From: an uncultured Candidatus Rokubacteria bacterium
GTDB taxonomy: Bacteria; Methylomirabilota; Methylomirabilia; Rokubacteriales; CSP1-6
Length of the DNA stretch: 64,000 nt
Reading direction: 5' to 3'
Assembly: GCA_963758635.1 (NCBI GenBank)
Contig: CAVWWD010000008.1
Coordinates: 640,001-704,000, forward strand
Shown here: positions 56,663-64,000 of the stretch, piece by piece
Position numbering within the stretch: the first letter of the stretch is position 1
Layout: every line of letters begins with the position of its first letter
Program-made: the position numbers and the translations under genes
Notes under the pieces: generated by a model
The model's input: only the letters and a program-made list of their open reading frames with translations
Databases searched by the model: none
Told to the model about the DNA's origin: nothing

Positions 56663-57121
56663 ATGACGCGAGGCCGGATGGTGCGGGTGTCGGTGTCGAT
56701 GCTGCTCCTGGCAGGACTGTGGTCGGGCTGCGCCTCGGCGCCGCCGGCGGAGGCGCCGCCGTCGCTCTACAAGCGGCTGGGCGGCCGCGAGGGCATCGCC
56801 CAGGTCGTCGGCACGTTCGTGGCCAACGTCGTGGCCGACGACCGGATCAAGACCCGCTTCACGTCGCTCCCCGGCCCCGCGGTGGAGAAGCTGAAGTCGA
56901 ACCTCGCCGACCAGATCTGCGACGCGACGGGTGGGCCGTGCTCGTACGTCGGCCGATCGATGAAGGACACGCACAAGGGGATGAACATCACCGAGGGCGA
57001 GTGGAACGCCACCGTCGAGGCGCTGGTGAAGGCGCTGGACACGCACAAGGTGGGCGCGAAGGAGAAGCAGGAGCTCCTTGCCGCCCTCGGGCCGATGAAG
57101 GGCGACATCGTCGGCCAGTAG
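56663..57121 (+). CDS. Group 1 truncated hemoglobin with lipoprotein signal
   Basis: SLYKRLGG, DDRI..F, ATGGP..Y.GR.M...H.GM.I trHbN motifs; lipobox LWSGC. Confidence 0.9.
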   Translation: MTRGRMVRVSVSMLLLAGLWSGCASAPPAEAPPSLYKRLGGREGIAQVVGTFVANVVADDRIKTRFTSLPGPAVEKLKSNLADQICDATGGPCSYVGRSMKDTHKGMNITEGEWNATVEALVKALDTHKVGAKEKQELLAALGPMKGDIVGQ

Positions 57122-57140
57122 GCGGAGGTCCGGAGGCGCG

Positions 57141-58659
57141 GTGGTGAACGTCCACGGCTTCACGGTCTACGACATGATCGCGCGGGGCGCCGACGTCCAC
57201 GGCGACGCCCCCGCCGTCATCCACGACGGCGGCGTGCTGACCTTCCGCGGGCTCCGCGAGCGCGTGGACGCGCTCGCCGGCGGGCTCGCCGGGCTCGGCA
57301 TCGGGGCGGGGGATCGCATCTGCGTGCTGGCCCAGAACCACGTCGAGTACCTCGAGCTGTACGGGGCCTGCGCGCGCCAGGGGATCGTCGCGTACCCCAT
57401 CAACTGGCGGCTCACCGCGGAGGAGGTCGGGAAGGTCCTCGAGCGGGCGGGCCCCCGGATGATGGTGGTCGACGCGTCCACGGCGTCCGTCGTGGACGGC
57501 TGGCCGCAGCAGAAGCGCGAGGTGCAGCACTGGTACCGGTTCGGGGACGCCGCCCCCGGCTTCCGGGCGTTCGGCACTCTCTACGGCGGCGCCGCGCCGC
57601 CGCCCGCGGCCGTCTCGGCGGACGACGTGTTCGCGGTGATCTCCACCGCGGCCGTCGACACGATCCCACGCGGCGCCGCCCTCACCCACGGCAACGTGCT
57701 CGCCGCGAACCTGACCATCATGGCCGCGGTGGGCTGCCGCGCCGAGGACCGCTACCTGGTGGCCCTGCCGCTGTTCCACATCACCGCGCTCGGCTGGACG
57801 CTCGCCATCATGCACGCGGGCGGCGCCGCCGTCCTGATGGCGCGCTACGACGCCGATGAGGCCGTCCGGCTCGTCGACCGGCACCGGGTCACCTACCTGT
57901 CCGACTTCCCGCCGGTGCTCGTCACCCTCCTGGACGCCGCCGCCAAGGTGGGAAGCCGGCTGCCGAGCCTCAAGCACGTGTCCGGCCTCGACGCCCCCGC
58001 CACGATCGAGCGGCTTCACAAGGAGACGGGCGCCGAGTTCTGGACGGGTTTCGGCCAGTCCGAGACCACCGGGTTCGTGAGCATCCAGCGCGTGGCCGAC
58101 CGCCCGGGCGCCTCGGGACGGCCGGTGCCGTCCTGCCAGGTCCGGCTCGTCGACGACTACGACCGCGAGGTGCCGGTGGGCACGCCCGGCGAGATCGTCG
58201 TGCGCGGGCCGCTCGTCTTCCAGGGCTATTTCGCCCAGCCCGACGTGACCGCCTACACGCTGCGGAACGGCTGGCACCACACCGGCGACGTTCGGGCGCT
58301 TCGACGCCGACGGCTACCTGCACTACGTCCGCCGCAAGCCGGAGAAGGAGCTGATCAAGCCGGGCGGCGAGAACGTGTACCCCGCCGAGGTCGAGACCGT
58401 GATCATGCAGATGCCCGGCGTCAGCGGCGTCTGCGTCTACGGCATCCCGGACGAGCGCTGGGGCGAGGCGGTGAAGGCGGTGGTCGAGGTGAAGGGGGCC
58501 GGCAGCCGGACCGCGCAGGAGGTGGGCGAGTTCGTCGCGGCACGGATCGCCCGGTTCAAGCGCCCCCACGTGGTGGCGTTCACCGACGCGCTGCCCCGCA
58601 CGGCCGACGGCGCGGTGGACCGCGAGGCCGTGAAGACCACCTGGGGCGACGCGCATTAG
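57141..58659 (+). CDS. AMP-dependent acyl-CoA synthetase (frameshift ~58295)
   Basis: LPLFH, FGQSET, GWHHTGD, KPGGENVYPAEVE; atypical P-loop STAAVDTIPRG. Confidence 0.9.
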
Positions 58660-59611
58660 GGCCGGGCTGGCTCTCGCCGCGCTCCTCGCGGCCTCCGGCT
58701 GCGCGGCCGCATCGCGGGACGCCTCGCCCGACGCGACGGGCGCCGCGCCCGCGGTCACCGTGCGCTTCACGACCCCCGGGGCGCTTCGCCTCACGCGTGA
58801 CCTGCGCTTCGTGCCCGCGGAGTCCGTGGAGCTCACGGGAGAGCTGCGGCTGCCGCCCGGCACGGGTCCGTTCCCCGTCGTGGTGCTCATGCACGGATGC
58901 TCGGGTCAGGGCAGGGTCGATCAGGGCTGGGTAGCGCCGCTCACTGCCGCCGGCTATGCGACGCTCCGGGTCGACAGCTTTGGTGGGCGGGGTCTTGGTA
59001 GCGTCTGCGCCGACGCGTTCAAGCTCACGCCGATCGAGCGCGTGCCCGACGCGTACGGGGCGCTGGCCCGCCTCGCCGGTGACCCGAGGCTCGACGCCCA
59101 CCGCGTCGCCCTCATGGGGTTCTCCCATGGCGGCATGCTCACGCTGGGCGCCAGCACGGCGTGGGCGCGCCAGCGCTACGCGCCGGCGCCGGGCCCGACG
59201 TTCCGGGCGTTCGTGGCGTTCTATCCGACCTGCGGCTTCGTGTATCCCGAGCGGATGACCCTGGCCGGCCCGCTGCGCATCCACGTCGGCGAGCTGGACG
59301 ACTGGACGCCGGCGGCCCCGTGCGCGGAGCTGGTCCGAGAGCTGAAGGCGGCCGGCGAGGACGCGGAGGTCACGCTCTACGCCGGCGCCCGGCACGGCTT
59401 CGACCGCGGCGGCCGCGTGCCGGTCTTCCTGGCGAATGCCGACAACCCCGCGACCTGCGTCCTGCGAGCGCCGAGCATCCTCGGACCCCTCGAGAATCCC
59501 GGCGACCTCGCCACGTGCCTCCGCAAGGGCGCCACGATCGGCGGCGACCCCGCGGCCGCCGAGCGCGCGCGACGCATCGTGCTCGCGCAGCTCGCCGAGC
59601 TGCTCCGCTGA
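58649..59611 (+). CDS. Dienelactone hydrolase-family serine hydrolase, probable lipoprotein
   Basis: HGCSG, GFSHGG, GELDD, HGFD; in-frame lipobox LAASGC upstream of the first canonical start (58760). Confidence 0.8.
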   Translation, partial: TRIRAGLALAALLAASGCAAASRDASPDATGAAPAVTVRFTTPGALRLTRDLRFVPAESVELTGELRLPPGTGPFPVVVLMHGCSGQGRVDQGWVAPLTAAGYATLRVDSFGGRGLGSVCADAFKLTPIERVPDAYGALARLAGDPRLDAHRVALMGFSHGGMLTLGASTAWARQRYAPAPGPTFRAFVAFYPTCGFVYPERMTLAGPLRIHVGELDDWTPAAPCAELVRELKAAGEDAEVTLYAGARHGFDRGGRVPVFLANADNPATCVLRAPSILGPLENPGDLATCLRKGATIGGDPAAAERARRIVLAQLAELLR

Positions 59612-59635
59612 CGGCGGGAGCGGCGCGGTGACGGT

Positions 59636-60496
59636 GTGAGCGCCGAGCCGATGGTCCCGGACATCGTCGCCGTGGGGCACGTCACGCTGGACCGGGTCGG
59701 CGGCGACGAGCGGCCGGGCGGCGCGGCGTACTACGCCGCGGTCACCGCATCGCGCCTCGGGCTCTCCGTCGGGCTCCTGACCTCGTTCGCCGACGGCTAT
59801 CCAGTGTCCCGGCTGCCTCCCGGCGTGGAGGTGGTCAATGTGTCCTCCCGCCACACGACGACCTTCGAGGTGGGGCAGGGGCCGTCGGGCCGCACCCTCC
59901 GGCTCCTCGCGCGGGCGGCCGATCTCGAGGAAGGGGCCCTGCCCGCGGCGTGGCGCCGTGTGTCCCTGGCCGTCCTCTGCCCCGTGGCCAACGAGGTCGA
60001 CCCCGCGCTCGCCGCCGCGTTCTCGGAGGCCTCGCTGGCCGTGCTCCCCCAGGGCTGGATGCGCAAGCGCGGGCCGGACGGCGCGATCGAGGCCGAGGCG
60101 TGGAGCGACGCCGACCTGGTCCTGCCGTACGCGCAGTGGCTGGTCATGAGCGAGGAGGACATCGCGCGGTTCGAGGACGCGGCGGCCGACTGGGTGGAGC
60201 GGGTCCCGCTGGCCGCGATCACGCGCGGGCGCCGCGGCGCCACGCTCTTCGTGAACGCCGACCCCTATCACGTGCTCGCCGACGGCGCCACCGAGGTGGA
60301 CGAGACGGGCGCGGGCGACGTGTTCGCCACCACCGCGCTCGTGGAATACCACCGGCGGGCCGACGCGTGGGAGGCGGTGGCGGCCGCGGCCTGCGCGGGG
60401 GCGGCGGCCGTCGAGGCGCCGGGGGCGGACGGCATCCCCGACCGCGAAGCCCTCGAGCGCCGGCTCGCCGCGTACCGCCGCCGCCGCGGCGGCTGA
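59636..60496 (+). CDS. PfkB family carbohydrate kinase
   Basis: [23 protein letters not shown]. Confidence 0.9.
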   Translation: MSAEPMVPDIVAVGHVTLDRVGGDERPGGAAYYAAVTASRLGLSVGLLTSFADGYPVSRLPPGVEVVNVSSRHTTTFEVGQGPSGRTLRLLARAADLEEGALPAAWRRVSLAVLCPVANEVDPALAAAFSEASLAVLPQGWMRKRGPDGAIEAEAWSDADLVLPYAQWLVMSEEDIARFEDAAADWVERVPLAAITRGRRGATLFVNADPYHVLADGATEVDETGAGDVFATTALVEYHRRADAWEAVAAAACAGAAAVEAPGADGIPDREALERRLAAYRRRRGG

Positions 60497-60541
60497 GGCC
60501 TTCCTTGTTCCCCTTCGCCGGGCCGTGAGAGACTCAGGCCC

Positions 60542-60922
60542 ATGGCGGAACCCGGGCGCCGGATCCGCATCACGGCCGGATCGGTCAGCGCCGAGGCGGT
60601 GCTGGACGGATCGGTCACCGCGCAGGCGGTATGGGACGCCCTGCCGCTCGCCGTGGCCGGGCAGACGTGGGGCGACGAGATCTACTTCTCGATCCCCGTC
60701 ACGGCCCAGCCCGAGTCCCCGCGCGAGACCGTCGAGAAGGGGGACCTCGGGTACTGGTCACCGGGCACCGCGTTCTGCATCTTCTTCGGGCCCACCCCGG
60801 CGAGCCGGGGCGACGAGATCCGTCCGGCGAGCCCGGTCAACGTGTTCGGGCGGGTCAGCGGAGATTCCACCGTGTTCAAGCGGGTCCACTCCGGCACCAC
60901 GGTGCGGGTGGAGCGCGCGTGA
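60542..60922 (+). CDS. Cyclophilin-like fold protein (TM1367-like)
   Basis: [30 protein letters not shown]. Confidence 0.88.
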   Translation: MAEPGRRIRITAGSVSAEAVLDGSVTAQAVWDALPLAVAGQTWGDEIYFSIPVTAQPESPRETVEKGDLGYWSPGTAFCIFFGPTPASRGDEIRPASPVNVFGRVSGDSTVFKRVHSGTTVRVERA

Positions 60923-60959
60923 ACGTTCGCCGAGGCGCTCCTGCGCCGGAGGAGACGAC

Positions 60960-61610
60960 ATGAAGATCTTCCTGGACACCGCGAACATCAACGAGCTCCG
61001 CGAGGGCGTGGCGATGGGCCTGGTGGACGGCTGCACGACCAACCCGTCGCTCATCGCGAGAGAGAAGCGCCCCTTCCGGCCCCTCGTCGAGGAGATCTGC
61101 CAGACCGTGCCGGGCGACGTGAGCCTGGAGGTCGTGGCCACCGACTACGAGGGGATGATCAAGGAAGGCAAGGAGCTGGCCCAGGTCGCGCCCAACGTGG
61201 TGGTGAAGTGCCCGCTGACCAAGGACGGCCTGAAGGCGGTGCGGACGCTCTCGGGCGACGGCATCCGCGTCAACCAGACGCTCTGCTTCTCCGCCACGCA
61301 GGCGCTCCTCTCCGCCAAGGCGGGCGCGACGTACATCAGCCCGTTCCTCGGCCGTCTCGACGACATCGGCGCCGTGGGCATGGACCTGATCCGCGACATC
61401 TGCCAGATCTACCGGAACTACGACTTCAAGACCCAGGTGCTCGCGGCCTCCATCCGGAGCCCGCTGCACGTGGTCGACGCGGCCAAGGCCGGGGCGCACG
61501 TGGCCACCATGCCGTTCTCCGTCCTCGAGGCGCTGATGAAGCATCCCCTGACCGACATCGGGCTGAAGAAGTTCCTCGACGACTGGAACAAGTCCGGCGC
61601 AAAGATCTAG
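60960..61610 (+). CDS. fsa: Fructose-6-phosphate aldolase / small transaldolase
   Basis: [38 protein letters not shown]. Confidence 0.93.
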   Translation: MKIFLDTANINELREGVAMGLVDGCTTNPSLIAREKRPFRPLVEEICQTVPGDVSLEVVATDYEGMIKEGKELAQVAPNVVVKCPLTKDGLKAVRTLSGDGIRVNQTLCFSATQALLSAKAGATYISPFLGRLDDIGAVGMDLIRDICQIYRNYDFKTQVLAASIRSPLHVVDAAKAGAHVATMPFSVLEALMKHPLTDIGLKKFLDDWNKSGAKI

Positions 61611-61757
61611 CTCGGAGGGGGCTTCGACCGGCACCGGGCTTCGCCCGGGCCCCCTGCCGACGGTCGTCGCTCGCCTGACGGCGAGCTCCCCCCTGCCTCA
61701 CCAGGGGCGGGCACCCGGGCTTCGCCCGCCCGCACCTTGCGGCGAAGCCCGCGCCTC
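61611..61757. repeat. Multi-hairpin REP-like cluster with GGGCTTCGCCC units
   Basis: CGGGCTTCGCCCG at 61635 and 61716, GGCGAAGCC at 61741, plus GCTCGCC/GGCGAGC and AGGGGGC/GCCCCCT stems. Confidence 0.7.
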
Positions 61758-61809
61758 ATCCTCCCCGCGTTCCACCCGTCTCGGGGGCGTGGCGCGTATA
61801 CCGGGTGAC

Positions 61810-62346
61810 ATGGATACCGAGCGCGCGTTGATGGCGAAGGTGGCGAGGCGGGACGAGACGGCCTTCGCCGAGCTCGTCGAGCGGTATGCCGGGCGGCTCC
61901 TGACCGTGGCCCGGCGGCTCCTGGGCTCTCGTGCCGACGCCGAGGACGCCGTGCAGCGGACCTTGCTCCAGTGCCTCGTGAGCGCGGAGTCCTACGAGGG
62001 CCGCTGGGCCGTCTCCACGTGGCTCTACCGCATCCTCACCAACACCTGCGTGGACGAGCTCCGGCGCCGGGGTGTCCGCGGAGCGCACGCCGCGTCGCCG
62101 GAGCGGTCGCCCGCCGGTGTCGCTCTCGACGACCCCGCGGACGCGGGGACCCGGATCGACGTCGCCCGCGCCTTCGCGCGCGTGCCACGCGAGGCCCGCG
62201 TCCTGCTCGCCCTGCACTACGTCGACGGGCTGAGCAACGCCGAGCTGGCCCGTGTCCGCGGAATCTCGGTGAACACCGTGAAGAGCCAGCTCGCGCGGGG
62301 GAAAGCCATCCTCCGCCGGGCGCTGGACGAAGGAGGACGCTCGTGA
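61810..62346 (+). CDS. ECF sigma factor
   Basis: AFAELVERY, DAEDAVQ, TWLYRI..N.C.D.LR, region 4 ELA..RGISVNTVKSQL.RG. Confidence 0.94.
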   Translation: MDTERALMAKVARRDETAFAELVERYAGRLLTVARRLLGSRADAEDAVQRTLLQCLVSAESYEGRWAVSTWLYRILTNTCVDELRRRGVRGAHAASPERSPAGVALDDPADAGTRIDVARAFARVPREARVLLALHYVDGLSNAELARVRGISVNTVKSQLARGKAILRRALDEGGRS

Positions 62347-63068
62347 TGCTCGAACGAGACGACGATCGCCTTGATCGGATCCTCGGCGCGTTCTTCGCGC
62401 CCACCCCGGTGCCGGACGGCTTCGCGCGACGGGTCCTGTCCGGGACGCCGAGCGCCCGCGACGCCGATCGCCTGCTGGCCCGGCTCGCCGTCCACGCGAC
62501 CGCGCGCGGCGTGTCCCTGGTGCGCCGCGGCGGAGGAGCGGACCGCGCGGAGGGAGCCGCGGCGCGGCGCTGGGTCGAGCGTGCGCGCCTCGAGCTCGGC
62601 GAGTACCTGGCGGGGAAGCGGTCGTTCTTCTCCGTGGCCGTGGACCTGACCGGCGTGCCCGAGTTCCAGCGCGACGTGCTGCGCGCCGCGCAGGACATCC
62701 CCTTCGGCGAGGCGCGGCCCTACGCATGGGTGGCGCGGAAGATCGGCCGGCCGCGGGCGGTGCGCGCGGTGGGCACCGCGCTCGGCAAGAACCCGGTGCC
62801 GCTGATCGTGCCCTGCCATCGCGTGCTTCGCACCGACGGCACCGCGGGCGGCTACATCTTCGGCACGCGCGTGAAGCAGGACCTGCTGAGCCTCGAGCGG
62901 GTCACGCCGGCCCTCGAGGGATGCACGAGCACCCGGATCGTGTGCCGGGTGGGCTGCGTCCATGGCCGCCGCATGCGGCTGGACAACCGTGTGGTGTTCG
63001 CGTCGGTGGACGACGCGTGCTCGGTGGGCTACCGCCCGTGTCGCGTGTGCAAGCCGGCCGCCGCGTGA
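62346..63068 (+). CDS. Methylated-DNA--protein-cysteine methyltransferase fused to a C-terminal Ada-type Zn domain
   Basis: FQRDVL..IPFGE..Y, RAVGTALGKNP, PCHRV; C-terminal CRVGC...GYRPCRVC. Confidence 0.92.
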   Translation: MLERDDDRLDRILGAFFAPTPVPDGFARRVLSGTPSARDADRLLARLAVHATARGVSLVRRGGGADRAEGAAARRWVERARLELGEYLAGKRSFFSVAVDLTGVPEFQRDVLRAAQDIPFGEARPYAWVARKIGRPRAVRAVGTALGKNPVPLIVPCHRVLRTDGTAGGYIFGTRVKQDLLSLERVTPALEGCTSTRIVCRVGCVHGRRMRLDNRVVFASVDDACSVGYRPCRVCKPAAA

Positions 63069-63787
63069 TCGCCGGCGCTCTCGCGCTCGACGACCGGGTG
63101 GCGGGGCTCGACTGGGAGGCGATCGGGGCGCGTCTCGATGCCGACGGCTTCGCCACGACGGGGCCGCTGCTCACCCCGGCGGAATGCGACGAGCTGATCG
63201 CGCTGTGGGACGACGCGCCGCGCTTTCGCAGCCACATCGACATGGCGCGGTACCGGTTCGGCGAGGGCGACTACAAGTACTTCGCCGAGCCGTTGCCGGC
63301 GGCGGTGGCCGCCCTCCGCGGGCTGCTCTACGCGCGGCTCGCGCCGGTGGCCAATCGATGGGCCGAGCGCCTCGGCGAGCGGGAGCCCTACCCGGACACC
63401 CTCGACGGGCTGCGCGCCCGCTGTGCCCGCCACGGCCAGCGCCGGCCCACGCCGTTGCTCCTCCGCTACACGGCGGGCGGCTACAACTGCCTGCACCAGG
63501 ACATCTACGGCGCGGTGGCGTTCCCGCTCCAGATCACCTGTCTGCTGAGCGAGCCGGGCAAGGGCTTCACGGGAGGCCAGTTCCTGCTCGTGGAGTCGCG
63601 CCCGCGCCAGCAGTCACGCGGCGAGGCGGTGGCGCTGGCCCGGGGCGAGGCGATCGCCTTCACCACCCGGCACCGTCCCGTCCGCGGGGCGCGCGGCTGG
63701 TTCCGGGCCACGCTGCGGCACGGCGTGAGCCGGCTCTGGTCGGGCGAGCGCTTCACCCTGGGCGTGATCTTCCACGACGCCGAGTGA
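63065..63787 (+). CDS. 2OG-Fe(II) oxygenase
   Basis: GEGDYKYF, NCLHQD, LRHGVS, RFTLGVIFHDA. Confidence 0.9.
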   Translation: MIAGALALDDRVAGLDWEAIGARLDADGFATTGPLLTPAECDELIALWDDAPRFRSHIDMARYRFGEGDYKYFAEPLPAAVAALRGLLYARLAPVANRWAERLGEREPYPDTLDGLRARCARHGQRRPTPLLLRYTAGGYNCLHQDIYGAVAFPLQITCLLSEPGKGFTGGQFLLVESRPRQQSRGEAVALARGEAIAFTTRHRPVRGARGWFRATLRHGVSRLWSGERFTLGVIFHDAE

Positions 63788-63919
63788 GGTCCGGGAGCGG
63801 GTCATCCGGCTGGACTATACTGTCGGTCAACGCCACCCGCGCTGGAGCGGCGTGGAGACATGACGGTCCGCCGAGGGCTCGGCGCCGCCGCCGGCCTGCC
63901 GCCAGAGGAGGAAGACAGC

Positions 63920-64000
63920 ATGAGCGCCAGCCGTCGAGAGTTCCTCACCGCCGCCGCCGCCGGTCCCGCGCTCCTCGGCGGGGTGTCGCGCGCCCTCGCG
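63920..64000 (+). CDS. Tat-exported protein (5' partial)
   Basis: GAGGAGG RBS; MSASRREFL twin-arginine motif; runs off the window. Confidence 0.65.
   Translation, partial: MSASRREFLTAAAAGPALLGGVSRALA

Overview
This is a very GC-rich bacterial window, almost all on the + strand. The gene content (many Liv-type ABC systems, acyl-CoA metabolism) resembles Candidatus Rokubacteria, which is an inference only. From left to right it contains: (1) a lower-GC accessory patch (1-~4400) with a CueR-like MerR regulator and its 19-bp-spacer promoter, ending against a broken MetE-like fragment; (2) housekeeping genes (apt, trpD, HADs, rhodanese); (3) a branched-chain/short acyl-CoA catabolic cluster (Hbd, three acyl-CoA dehydrogenases, GntR-etfBA, a split B12 mutase with isobutyryl-CoA mutase signatures, ilvE, crotonases); (4) four Liv-type ABC systems, two of them tandem paralogous acyl-CoA-ligase-coupled operons followed by a lipoprotein truncated globin; (5) pfkB-cyclophilin-like-fsa; (6) an ECF sigma coupled to an MGMT/Ada-Zn fusion that has an anti-sigma-like N-terminus and no AraC domain, plus a 2OG-Fe(II) oxygenase. 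Item 6 is the best candidate for a novel system: an alkylation-sensing sigma switch. Intergenic gaps hold at least three dispersed repeat families (MITE/REP-like), one amplified into a ~60-bp-period array. About two dozen apparent frameshifts are most likely long-read indel errors. No rRNA, tRNA, cas or transposase genes were recognised.
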